From contig CAWEWF010000014.1 of the NCBI GenBank assembly GCA_963812605.1, positions 544,001 through 608,000 on the forward strand: a stretch of 64,000 bases of DNA, in the 5' to 3' direction. The position numbers and the translations under genes were made by a program. Of this stretch, positions 52,390 to 61,969 are shown piece by piece; the stretch's first letter is position 1; the number at the start of each line of letters is the position of its first letter. The notes beneath the pieces were generated by a model. That model searched no databases. It was not told where the DNA came from and saw only the letters and a program-made list of their open reading frames with translations. This stretch comes from an uncultured Verrucomicrobiae bacterium (lineage in GTDB: Bacteria; Verrucomicrobiota; Verrucomicrobiia; Palsa-1439).

Positions 52390-53237
52390 GTTCGGCGGCG
52401 AATCCGGAGCGTTTCGCGGATTTGCACCTGCACACGCGCTATTCCGACGGGACGTTTACGCCACGCGAACTCGTCGAGAACGCCGGCAAACTTGGCTTCG
52501 CCGCGATTGCCGTTACCGACCACGATACACTCGACGCCGTTCCCGAGGCGCTCGCGGCCGGCCAGAAGTTGGGCATCGAAGTCATCCCCGGGGTCGAAAT
52601 CACCAGCCGCATCGATACGCAGGAACTGCACATGCTCGCGTACCTGTTCGGCGATTCGTGGCACGATGAGAATCTGCGCGCGGTCCTGAATCATGCCACG
52701 CGCATACGCAAGGAACGTGTCGAGCAGTTCGTGGCGAAGTTGAACGAATTGGGCGTCGCGCTGACTGTCGAAGACGTGTACGCGTGTTCTACGTGCGGCA
52801 CGGTCGGTCGCCCTCACGTGGCCCTGGCGTTGGTTAAACGCGGCTTCGTCTCCAGCGTGGAGGAAGCCTTCAACCGTTTTCTGAAACGCGGCAAGCCCGC
52901 ATACGTGGAGCGCTATCGTATGGAAGCCGCCGAAACCATCGGCCATATCAAGCGCGCGGGCGGCGTGGCCGTGATCGCCCACCCGGGTTTGAACTATCTC
53001 GACAAACGCCTTCACGAAATGGTCGATCAGGGGATGAGTGGCATCGAAGTGTGGCATTCGCGCCATACGCCCGCGCAGATTGCGCATTACGAAAAAATGG
53101 CGGCAACGCTCGGCGTTTGCGCCACCGGCGGCAGCGACTGCCATGGCCTCGGGCGCGATGGCATGCTACTGGGCAGAATCAAATTGCCTTACGAACGTGT
53201 CGAGGCGTTGAAAGCCCGCGCGCCAGTAAAACCGTGA
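52386..53237 (+). CDS. PHP-domain phosphoesterase (YciV/TrpH-like)
   Basis: DLHLHTRYSDG, VTDHD, GRPH, IAHPG, TGGSDCHG. Confidence 0.92.
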   Translation: MSSAANPERFADLHLHTRYSDGTFTPRELVENAGKLGFAAIAVTDHDTLDAVPEALAAGQKLGIEVIPGVEITSRIDTQELHMLAYLFGDSWHDENLRAVLNHATRIRKERVEQFVAKLNELGVALTVEDVYACSTCGTVGRPHVALALVKRGFVSSVEEAFNRFLKRGKPAYVERYRMEAAETIGHIKRAGGVAVIAHPGLNYLDKRLHEMVDQGMSGIEVWHSRHTPAQIAHYEKMAATLGVCATGGSDCHGLGRDGMLLGRIKLPYERVEALKARAPVKP

Positions 53238-54172
53238 TAGGTCTCTTCCAAAAATTTCGCGATGGACTGCGCAAGACGCAGCAAAAGCTTGCCGGCGAGA
53301 TCACGCGCATCGTTACCCGCGCGCCGAAACTCGATGCCGATTCCCTCGAAGAGCTGGAAACCGTCCTGATCTCGACGGACATCGGTGTCAGCACTGCCGC
53401 CAGGATTATCGAACAAACCAAGGAAGCCGCGAAGCAATCGGGCGAAGTCGATGTCTTTGCCATCGCTCGCCAGGAAATCGAACGCGAACTTTCAATTCCA
53501 TCCGTTGGTGGCACAGGCGTCCCTGCCTGTGTCTTGGCCAAAGCACCGCACCCGCCGACGGTCATCCTCGTGGCCGGCGTGAATGGCACCGGCAAAACCA
53601 CCTCGACCGCGAAACTGGCTCACTGGCTGAAAGGGCAGGGGAATACAGTGCTGCTGGCCGCCTGCGACACGTTCCGAGCGGCAGCGATCGAACAGTTGAA
53701 GATTTGGGGGCAACGCGTCGGTTGTGACGTGGTTGCGGGACAATACGGCGCCGACTCCGCGGCGATCGCGTACGACGCGCTGGAAGCCGCCATCAATCGC
53801 CACGTCGATTACCTGATCATCGACACCGCCGGGCGCTTACATACGAAGAAGAATCTCATGGAAGAGATGAAGAAGATGCGCCGTTCCTTGCAAAAAAAGC
53901 TGCCCGCCGCGCCGCATGAGACCCTGCTCGTGCTCGATTCCACCACAGGTTCCAACGCCTTGAATCAAGCCCGCGAATTCAACGAGGTGCTTGGTGTTAC
54001 GGGGCTTGTCGTGACCAAGCTCGATGGGACCGCCAAAGGCGGCATCGTCGTCGCCATCGCCCGCGAACTCAAAATCCCCGTGAAGTTCATCGGCCTCGGT
54101 GAGCAAGTGGACGATTTGCAACCGTTCGACCCAAAGCAGTACTCCCAGGCTCTATTCTCGGGCGCAGACTAG
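53234..54172 (+). CDS. ftsY: Signal recognition particle receptor
   Basis: GVNGTGKTT, DTFRAAAIEQL, DTAGRLH, TKLDGTAKGG, IGLGE. Confidence 0.96.
   Translation: MIGLFQKFRDGLRKTQQKLAGEITRIVTRAPKLDADSLEELETVLISTDIGVSTAARIIEQTKEAAKQSGEVDVFAIARQEIERELSIPSVGGTGVPACVLAKAPHPPTVILVAGVNGTGKTTSTAKLAHWLKGQGNTVLLAACDTFRAAAIEQLKIWGQRVGCDVVAGQYGADSAAIAYDALEAAINRHVDYLIIDTAGRLHTKKNLMEEMKKMRRSLQKKLPAAPHETLLVLDSTTGSNALNQAREFNEVLGVTGLVVTKLDGTAKGGIVVAIARELKIPVKFIGLGEQVDDLQPFDPKQYSQALFSGAD
53507..53533 (+). repeat. REP copy embedded in frame in ftsY
   Basis: 27/27 identical to 50117-50143. Confidence 0.85.
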
Positions 54173-54274
54173 GAAGCCGTTGATTGCTTCCTGTTGGCTT
54201 TCGGCTTGTGAACACCCTCAAGCACCTTATTATGGTGGCGGCGTCAAAGAATAACCGCCGACGGGAGGAGCGCT

Positions 54275-54790
54275 ATGCAACGACCAACGTCTGTGACCGT
54301 GTTTGGAGTCTTGAACATTATCTTCGGGTCGCTCGGGATTTTGTGTACGCCCTTGTCTATGGTGACCCTGTTTTCTCCTGGAGCATCCCAGAATCCGGTT
54401 CTTAAAATAATGCAGGATAATCCCGTGTTCCGCATCTGGATGATCACCGCGGCTATATTGGGGGTGATCGCGGCCATTGTGTTGCTCGCCGCCGGTATTG
54501 GGTTGCTTCGCCTCAGACCCTGGGCGCGAACGCTATCGATCGGATACGGAGTTTATGCGATCGTGGCAGGCTTGATTGGCATGGTCTTCAATGTCATCTA
54601 TGTGATCCTGCCCTTGCTGTCACAACCGGGACATCAGGCTCCCTTCGCCGCTGGGGCCATCGGAGGCGTAATCGGTGGATGCGTGGGACTCGCCTATCCC
54701 GTGTTGCTAATTATATTCATGACACGGCCACACATACGGTTGGCGTTTGCGAATGCAGATACGGTTACGCCGCTGCCTCCCGCTCAATGA
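54275..54790 (+). CDS. Four-TM membrane hypothetical protein
   Basis: RPTSVTVFGVLNIIFG...GIGLLRLRPWAR...YPVLLIIFMTRP. Confidence 0.8.
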   Translation: MQRPTSVTVFGVLNIIFGSLGILCTPLSMVTLFSPGASQNPVLKIMQDNPVFRIWMITAAILGVIAAIVLLAAGIGLLRLRPWARTLSIGYGVYAIVAGLIGMVFNVIYVILPLLSQPGHQAPFAAGAIGGVIGGCVGLAYPVLLIIFMTRPHIRLAFANADTVTPLPPAQ

Positions 54791-55905
54791 AACCCGGAAC
54801 GATACGCTTCTCACTGCAAGACGAACGATTGATGCAGCGGGCGCTGGCGCTGGCGCGGCGAGGACTGGGAAAAACGAGCCCGAACCCCGTTGTTGGCGCG
54901 GTCCTGGTTCGCAAAGGGCGTGTTCTTGCGGAAGGCTGGCACAAGCGCTCGGGCGGGCCGCATGCGGAAATATTTGCGTTGCGCGGTGTGAAGGCGCGGG
55001 GCGCGACGTTGTATGTGACAATGGAGCCCTGTTCCACGTGGGGAAAGACGCCGCCTTGCACGGAGGCGATCATCGCGGCGGGCGTAAAGCGCGTGGTTGT
55101 CGCGGCGCTCGATCCAAACCCGAAGCACAATGGACGGGGGTTGAAGATTCTCCGTCGAGCGGGGATTCGTATCGAGTCGGGATTGCTCGCTCAAGAAGCC
55201 GTTGCGATGAATGAAGCGTTCAACAAATGGATCACCACAGGAATGCCATTCGTGATCGCCAAGGCAGCGATGAGCCTCGATGGGAAGATTGCCACGCGAA
55301 CGGGTGATTCGAAGTGGATTACCAGCGAGATGGCGCGCCGGGAGTCGCACAAGCTCCGATCTTATGTTGACGCAATCATGGTCGGCGCGAACACGGTAAT
55401 CCGCGACGATCCGCAACTGACGCTGCGACACGGGGTGCGCGGACGACAGCCCCTGCGGGTGGTTGTGGATGCCCGGGGTCGAACGCCGATGAAGGCGAAG
55501 CTCTTCACGGACGCGCATCGTAAAGGCACTATTGTCCTGACAACGAATCTCTCATCCGCTCGTTGGCGTCGATGCCTAGTACTACTAGGTATCGATATTG
55601 TTGTCGTGAACCACAAGAAAGGCCGCGTGGATTTGCCGGCGACGCTAAAGAAACTGGGAAAGCGAAACGTGACGAGCTTGCTGGTGGAAGGTGGCGGAGA
55701 GTTGCTGGGTTCATTCTTCGATGCGCAGTTGGTGGACAAAGTCGCGCTGTTCTACGCACCGATGGTCATAGGTGGACGTGACGCGATCAGCGCGGTTGGA
55801 GGTGATGGAGCAGTTAGTGTGAAACAGTCAGTGCGGTTGGAAAACTGCAAATGGCGACGGATCGGCAAGAATGAAATGCTCGTGGAAGCGAGAATCAAGC
55901 GATGA
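54787..55905 (+). CDS. ribD: Riboflavin biosynthesis deaminase/reductase
   Basis: PNPVVGAV, HAE, TMEPC...TPPC, SLDGKIA, VEGG. Confidence 0.96.
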   Translation: MKPGTIRFSLQDERLMQRALALARRGLGKTSPNPVVGAVLVRKGRVLAEGWHKRSGGPHAEIFALRGVKARGATLYVTMEPCSTWGKTPPCTEAIIAAGVKRVVVAALDPNPKHNGRGLKILRRAGIRIESGLLAQEAVAMNEAFNKWITTGMPFVIAKAAMSLDGKIATRTGDSKWITSEMARRESHKLRSYVDAIMVGANTVIRDDPQLTLRHGVRGRQPLRVVVDARGRTPMKAKLFTDAHRKGTIVLTTNLSSARWRRCLVLLGIDIVVVNHKKGRVDLPATLKKLGKRNVTSLLVEGGGELLGSFFDAQLVDKVALFYAPMVIGGRDAISAVGGDGAVSVKQSVRLENCKWRRIGKNEMLVEARIKR

Positions 55906-56837
55906 TCCTGATCGTCGGCTTGTCTCCTGCCTGGCAACGGACGTTGGTGTTTGACGAGATCGTCCCCGGCAAGGTCAACCGCGCCGCGCGCGTCAGCGAG
56001 ACCGCGGCCGGCAAAGGGGTAAATGTCGCTCGTGTCGCGTCGATTCTCGGCGCGGACGTGAAACTTTTGACCGTTGCCGGCGGTAAGCGTGGACAGTTGC
56101 TAAAGGCGCAGTTGAAACGGCAACGATTGAACGCGCGCGTCGTGCCCGTGAATGCGGAAACGCGGATTTGCCAGACCCTGCTCTCTCAAGATAGGACGAC
56201 AGAGTTGGTGGAAGAAGCGGGAGCGCTTACTGCCGTGGAAGTCCGGGAAGTGTTGCGCGGATTTGCCCTGGACGTACGTGAGGCTGACCTGGTGGTCCTG
56301 ACAGGAACGGTGCCGAAAGGTTGCGGTGATGATTTCTATGCACGTCTGGTTGACGAGTCCGCGCGTCGCGGGGTGCGGGTACTAATCGACGCGCAGAAAG
56401 CCCAACTGCGGAACGCGCTCAAACGGCGGCCCTTTCTCGTCCGGATAAATCGCGATGAATTGACGGCGGCCACCGGTATTGATTGCGCAGGACGAAAAGG
56501 CGATTTACCTGCGCTGGGCAAATTAATGAGACATGGCCCGCGCTGGGCGGTGATCAGCGATGGTCCCGGGAGGATTTACGCGAGCGAGACGCCCGGGAGT
56601 CGGGTATCGGCCTTCACACCACCGCGAGTGGAAACAAAGAACCCGATTGGCTCCGGTGATGCGATGCTGGCCGGTATTGCGGTCGCATTGGTGCGCGGTC
56701 AGCCGATACTGGATGCCGTGCGTTTTGGCGCGGCCTGCGGCGCTGCCAATGCGATGACTGCCGAGCCCGGTTTCGTGCGAAGGCGGGATGTGCGAAGACT
56801 TTGCTCGACACTCAACAGACGCATCCCTATCGTCTAG
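55902..56837 (+). CDS. 1-phosphofructokinase-family (PfkB) hexose kinase
   Basis: GKGVNVAR, ETR, NPIGSGDAMLAG. Confidence 0.88.
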   Translation: MILIVGLSPAWQRTLVFDEIVPGKVNRAARVSETAAGKGVNVARVASILGADVKLLTVAGGKRGQLLKAQLKRQRLNARVVPVNAETRICQTLLSQDRTTELVEEAGALTAVEVREVLRGFALDVREADLVVLTGTVPKGCGDDFYARLVDESARRGVRVLIDAQKAQLRNALKRRPFLVRINRDELTAATGIDCAGRKGDLPALGKLMRHGPRWAVISDGPGRIYASETPGSRVSAFTPPRVETKNPIGSGDAMLAGIAVALVRGQPILDAVRFGAACGAANAMTAEPGFVRRRDVRRLCSTLNRRIPIV

Positions 56838-56840
56838 GGT

Positions 56841-57447
56841 ATGTTCACGGGAATCGTTGAAGAGGCCGGCCGAGTTATTCGCATTCGCTCCGGCAAACGC
56901 TCGACGGAATTGACGGTGCGCGCCCCTAAGATTGGCCAATTATTGCGTATGGGAAACAGCCTGGCCGTCAACGGAGCGTGTCTGACCGTGGTCGCCAAGC
57001 GCCGAGGCGCGCTCAGGTTCGACGTGCTCAACGAAACTCTTCAGCGGACAAATCTCGCATTCGTGCGCGAAGGTTCCCTGGTGAATCTCGAACGCCCACT
57101 TCGCGCGGACGCGCGGCTCGATGGTCACTTTGTGCTTGGACACGTCGACGCGCGTGGAAAAGTCCGCCGCTTCGAACGCGAGGGCGGGGACTACGTGCTG
57201 GACATCGAAGCGCCGCCGTCGGTCATGCGGTACGTCGTTGAGAAAGGCTCCATCGCCATCGATGGAATCAGCCTGACGGTCGCCACTGTCCGGCGCACTT
57301 GGTTTCGCGTCTGGATTATTCCGCACACGCGCAAGACCACGAATTTACAGGCTCGCCGCACCGGAGATCCTGTCAATCTGGAAGCGGATATTCTGGGCAA
57401 GTATGTTGCAGCAATTGATGAGGAGATCGCCGCGGGCGCGACGTTGA
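56841..57447 (+). CDS. ribE: Riboflavin synthase (3' end likely has a 1-nt indel)
   Basis: MFTGIVE, AVNGACLT, VNLER, GHFVLGHVD, KGSIAIDGISLT, VNLEADILGKYV; likely stop TGA 57445-57447 in a shifted frame. Confidence 0.92.
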
Positions 57448-57472
57448 CACTCCGCGCGCGGCCCTTTACACT
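57444..57472 (+). promoter_or_regulatory. Sigma70 promoter for the zinc-ribbon gene
   Basis: TTGACA-N17-TACACT, 19 nt upstream of ATG 57492. Confidence 0.7.
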
Positions 57473-57491
57473 AATGATAGGAAAAGATTTC

Positions 57492-58199
57492 ATGCTGCCA
57501 GTCCTCGAAAAACTGTTGGTACTCCAGGATCGCGACCGTCGCATCGCCCAGCTCAAGGCGGAGCGTACCCGCATCCCCGAGCAGGTCGCGGCCACGGAGC
57601 AAAGCCTCAAAGCCGAGTCCGCGCGCCTCGATTCCTTGCGCGACCAGGCCAAACATATCGAAGCCGATCGCAAAAAGTTGGAAATCGACGTTGAAGCCAG
57701 GCGCGGGCAGATCGCAAAATACCGTACCCAACTCTCGCTGATCAAATCGAACACCGAGTACCAGGCGTTACTCAAGGAGATTGCCAAGGCCGAGCAGGAA
57801 ATCGACGTGATCGAGACGCATGAGTTGGAAGTAATGGAGAAGGGCGATCAACTCCAGCCGGCCGTCAAGCAGGAGCAGGCCGTGCTGAAAGAAATCGCCG
57901 CGAAGGCCGAAGCGGAACGCGCCGACTTGCAGAAACGCATCGCGATGGTGGAACAGGAATTGGCGCGGCTGCAAGCCGAGCGCCAGAACCTCGTGCAGGA
58001 AGCCGACCCGGAGGCGCTCTACCGTTACGAACGACTCATGCACAGCAAGAGCGACTTCGCGATTGTTCCCATCCGCAATGGCAATTGCGGTGGTTGCCAC
58101 CTGAATATCCCGCCGCAACTCGTCCACAATGCGAAGAACGGTACCACGTTGACCAGTTGCGATTACTGCGGGCGTATCTTATATTGGCAACCGGAGTGA
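57492..58199 (+). CDS. Coiled-coil + C4 zinc-ribbon protein (CT398/HP0958 family)
   Basis: Long coiled coil, KSNTEYQALLKEI, CGGCH...CDYCGRILY. Confidence 0.9.
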   Translation: MLPVLEKLLVLQDRDRRIAQLKAERTRIPEQVAATEQSLKAESARLDSLRDQAKHIEADRKKLEIDVEARRGQIAKYRTQLSLIKSNTEYQALLKEIAKAEQEIDVIETHELEVMEKGDQLQPAVKQEQAVLKEIAAKAEAERADLQKRIAMVEQELARLQAERQNLVQEADPEALYRYERLMHSKSDFAIVPIRNGNCGGCHLNIPPQLVHNAKNGTTLTSCDYCGRILYWQPE

Positions 58200-58260
58200 C
58201 GGGGCCCGGCATTGTCGATGCAATCTGCCGGCATTTGTTATTTGATTTACATCAGTTTTT

Positions 58261-58622
<362 letters not shown>

Positions 58623-58633
58623 AATGAACGGAC

Positions 58634-58663
58634 GGCGGGGGTGACGATTGCGTCACCTCCGCC
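58634..58663 (+). terminator. Stem-loop downstream of rnpB
   Basis: GGCGGGGGTGACG-ATTG-CGTCACCTCCGCC 13-bp stem; weak U tract. Confidence 0.5.
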
Positions 58664-58677
58664 ACCAATTTCTGTAG

Positions 58678-59178
58678 ATGCGTTACCCACTTTTTCTTGA
58701 TCTCACCAATCAATCCGCTGTCGTCATTGGCGCGGGCAGTGTCGCCGCGCGTAAAATTCGGACGTTGCTCCGAACCGGGGCAAGGGTGACGATCGTCAGC
58801 CCGCAAGCCACCGTCTCCTTGTGCCGGCTCGCGCAAACGAAACGCGTGCGCTGGGTGCGACGGCGCTACCGCCGCGGTGATCTTCACGGTGCGCGTTTGG
58901 TCATTGCCGCCACGAATGACTCCGCCGTAAATGAAATCGTCTGCGCGGAAGCGAAACGCCGCGATCTGCTGGTGAACTGCATCACATCACCGGCCGTGGG
59001 CAATTTCTTCGTACCGTCGCTGGTGCGCCGTGGCGGAATTTCGCTCGCAATTTCCACGGATGGGGCCAGTCCCGCCTTCGCCAAACGCCTGCGCCGCGAT
59101 CTTGAACACTTTCTCGGTGACGAGTATCCTCAGCTCCTGAAAACGATGAGCGCGGCCCGCCGCGCAAAGAAGAAATAA
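58678..59178 (+). CDS. Precorrin-2 dehydrogenase / sirohydrochlorin ferrochelatase (CysG N-terminal/SirC-like)
   Basis: YPLFLDL, VIGAGSVAARK, IAATND, AISTDGASP. Confidence 0.9.
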   Translation: MRYPLFLDLTNQSAVVIGAGSVAARKIRTLLRTGARVTIVSPQATVSLCRLAQTKRVRWVRRRYRRGDLHGARLVIAATNDSAVNEIVCAEAKRRDLLVNCITSPAVGNFFVPSLVRRGGISLAISTDGASPAFAKRLRRDLEHFLGDEYPQLLKTMSAARRAKKK

Positions 59179-59978
59179 TGCTGACCGACCGAACATTTCT
59201 CTGGCTCGCGCAGGCATTCTACGCCGTCAGTTGCGTTCTCACACTGCGCCGACTGCGCGCCGGCGGCAGCGGCGCAACGCTGCAACGCATAAATTATGCG
59301 GCGATGGCGGCGGGCTTCGCCTTGCACACCATTTTCCTCTACCTGCGGGGCCAACAGGTCGGGCGTTGCCCACTGACGAACCTCTTTGAAACGCAGGCAT
59401 TCATCGCGTGGGCCGCGGTATTGTTTTTCCTGCTCATCGGCCCATCGTACCGTGTCTCGTTCCTCGGTGCGTTTACCGCGCCCCTGGTGTTGCTGATTTG
59501 TCTGGCAGCATTAATTCTGCCCATTGATATTGTGCAGCCGCAACCGGCGACCCGCAGCGCGTGGATTGAGTTTCATGCGGCCATCGCCATTCTTGCGTCG
59601 GGCGCGTTCGCGTTGGCATTTGTCACCGGCGGGATGTACCTGCGCCAGGAGCGGCAACTGAAGCGGCGCCGGCTCTCGTCGTCCTTTCTGCTTTTGCCGT
59701 CCATTGAACAACTTGACTTGATCAATATCCGCCTCTTGATCATGGGCTTTGTGATGCTGACAGCGGGGATGATCGGCGGCCTTATTTCGTATCACATCGT
59801 CGGACATTGGACGACCCCGAAAATCATTTGGGCGGTATCGGTCTGGATCCTGTACGGCGCGCTTGTGGCGGCGCGCGGATTGTGGACGCTTCGCGGACGA
59901 AAAGTTGCGTTGGCATCGATGGCCTCGTTCGTGTTCATGCTCGCCGGCTTTTGGGGAGTGAGTCTCCTCGGACCATGA
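59178..59978 (+). CDS. Cytochrome c biogenesis CcsA/HemX-family membrane protein
   Basis: RCPLTNLFE, WIEFHA, LPSIEQLD, GHWTTPK; upstream of hemA. Confidence 0.85.
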   Translation: MLTDRTFLWLAQAFYAVSCVLTLRRLRAGGSGATLQRINYAAMAAGFALHTIFLYLRGQQVGRCPLTNLFETQAFIAWAAVLFFLLIGPSYRVSFLGAFTAPLVLLICLAALILPIDIVQPQPATRSAWIEFHAAIAILASGAFALAFVTGGMYLRQERQLKRRRLSSSFLLLPSIEQLDLINIRLLIMGFVMLTAGMIGGLISYHIVGHWTTPKIIWAVSVWILYGALVAARGLWTLRGRKVALASMASFVFMLAGFWGVSLLGP

Positions 59979-61069
59979 ACCTGATCGTCATCGGCTTGAA
60001 TCATCGCAGCGCGCCTGTGGAGGTGCGCGAGCGTCTGGCCTTTGCTGAAAACAAGCTCGGCGAGGCAACGCGCGCACTGCTCGACACCGCGCCATTGCAT
60101 GAGGCGGCAATTCTCTCCACGTGCAACCGTGTCGAGATTTACGGCCTGGCCAATAGTGCCGCCGAGGCCGCGCTGGCGGCGCGTCGCTTCCTTCACGAAC
60201 ACCACAAACTCGCCGATTCGGTCGACGCATACCTCTACGAGCGCCACGACCGTGAATGCATCCAGCATCTGCTCGAAGTTGCCTGCGGGCTCGACTCGAT
60301 GGTGCTGGGAGAGACGGAGATTCTCGGCCAGGTCAAAGACGCCTATCACGCCGCGCAACAGGCGGGTGCGACCGGCGTCGTCCTCAATCGTCTTTTTCAG
60401 AAAGCCTTCTCCGCGGCCAAGCACATTCGTTCCAGCACCGCCATCACGCGCGGTTCCACCTCCGTCGGCACCGTCGCCGTCGATCTTGCGGAGAAAATCT
60501 TCGGCAAGCTGGGCAAATGCACGGTGATGGTCATCGGCACGGGCGAAATGAGCGGGGCGACCGCGCGCGCCTTGCAGAGCCGGGGCGCGGGCACGATCCT
60601 GGTTTGCAGTCGCACGCCTGAACGCGCGGAAACATTGGCCGCGCAACTGCAAGGCCGCGCCATCTCCTACGACCAGTGGCCGACCGAATTTTCCGCGGTC
60701 GATATTGTCATCAGTTCAACGGCGGCACCGCATCCGATCGTCACGAGGGAGAAGCTGATCCCGCTGATGAAAACACGGCGCCAGCGCCCGCTGTTCCTCA
60801 TCGACATCGCCGTGCCGCGCGATATCGAGCGGGCCTGCGGCGAATTGGAGAGCGTATACCTGTATGACATTGACGACCTCCAGCAAATTGCCCGGGAAAA
60901 CATGACCGCCCGCGAACGGGAGATCGCCGCCTGCCAGGTCCTGATCGCCCAGCACCTCCAGCGCTTCGCCGTTTGGTTGGAAGGCAATCGCGCCGCGCTG
61001 GAAGAGCGCTACCGCAACCGTGCGACCCCCGCTCGTTTTTCAAAGTCGGCTCCTACCCACGCGTCATGA
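59975..61069 (+). CDS. hemA: Glutamyl-tRNA reductase
   Basis: GLNHRSAP, LSTCNRVE, GLDSMVLGETEILGQVK, DIAVPRD. Confidence 0.97.
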   Translation: MNLIVIGLNHRSAPVEVRERLAFAENKLGEATRALLDTAPLHEAAILSTCNRVEIYGLANSAAEAALAARRFLHEHHKLADSVDAYLYERHDRECIQHLLEVACGLDSMVLGETEILGQVKDAYHAAQQAGATGVVLNRLFQKAFSAAKHIRSSTAITRGSTSVGTVAVDLAEKIFGKLGKCTVMVIGTGEMSGATARALQSRGAGTILVCSRTPERAETLAAQLQGRAISYDQWPTEFSAVDIVISSTAAPHPIVTREKLIPLMKTRRQRPLFLIDIAVPRDIERACGELESVYLYDIDDLQQIARENMTAREREIAACQVLIAQHLQRFAVWLEGNRAALEERYRNRATPARFSKSAPTHAS

Positions 61070-61969
61070 AGCCATTGATTATTGGCACGCGGGGCAGTCC
61101 GCTCGCTCTCGCGCAGGTGGAAATCATCCGCAGTCTGCTGCAAAACGCCAGTCCATCACTTCCTGTCGAAACGAAGACCATCAGCACCAGCGGTGATAAT
61201 TTTACAAACCTCTCCCTCACCGCCGGCGGCGGCAAGGGATTGTTCACGAAAGAGATTGAAGACCAGCTTCTCCGTAGCGAGATCCACATCGCGGTGCACA
61301 GCCTGAAGGATTTGCCCACAATTCTGCCAGAGGGCCTGATGATTGGCGCCATTCCAATGCGCGAAGACGCGCACGACGTGTTTATCTCGAGGAACTTCGG
61401 ATCAATCGAAGAGTTGCCGAACGGAGCCCGTGTAGCAACAAGCAGCATCCGCCGGCGTGCACAATTATTGGCCAAGCGGCCCGATCTGCAGGTCGAGGAA
61501 ATCCGCGGCAATGTGGAAACGCGATTGCGCAAGCTTGAGGAGAACAGTTCGCTGGATGCGCTCATTCTCGCGGCGGCCGGACTACGTCGGCTTGGGCTCT
61601 GGAAAACCTATGGCAGGCTCCATTGGCAACAAATCGATTTCGAGTGGATGATTCCAGCTGTGGGGCAGGGGGCCATCGCCTGTGAAGTTCGGGAGTCCGA
61701 CACATTGACGCGCGAGATCATGGCCCGCATCAACGATGCTGACGCGTCCGCCTGTACAACTGCTGAACGCGTCTTCCTCCAGGCGCTGGGTGGCGGCTGT
61801 CAGGTACCCTATGCAGCCTATGCGACGGTGGAAGGCGAACGCTTGCGAATGCTGGGCGCGACATTCGAGTCCATGACGGAAAGAACGTTCATCGAGCGGA
61901 GGTCATCGGATCGAAGAGTGATCCGCGTGAGGTCGGCGAGCGGGCGGCCAGAGACAGGTTCTCGGATGA
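61066..61969 (+). CDS. hemC: Hydroxymethylbilane synthase (indels near 3' end)
   Basis: IGTRGSPLA, GKGLFTKE, AVHSLKD, TSSIRR, RGNVETR, PAVGQG, GGCQVP; probable stop TGA overlapping the next ATG. Confidence 0.93.

Noticed and set aside
56841-58199. Apparent RibE-zinc ribbon fusion (452 aa)
   Set aside because: A near-consensus TTGACA-17-TACACT promoter and a separate ATG lie in the 'linker', and a single indel after GKYV restores a stop at 57447.
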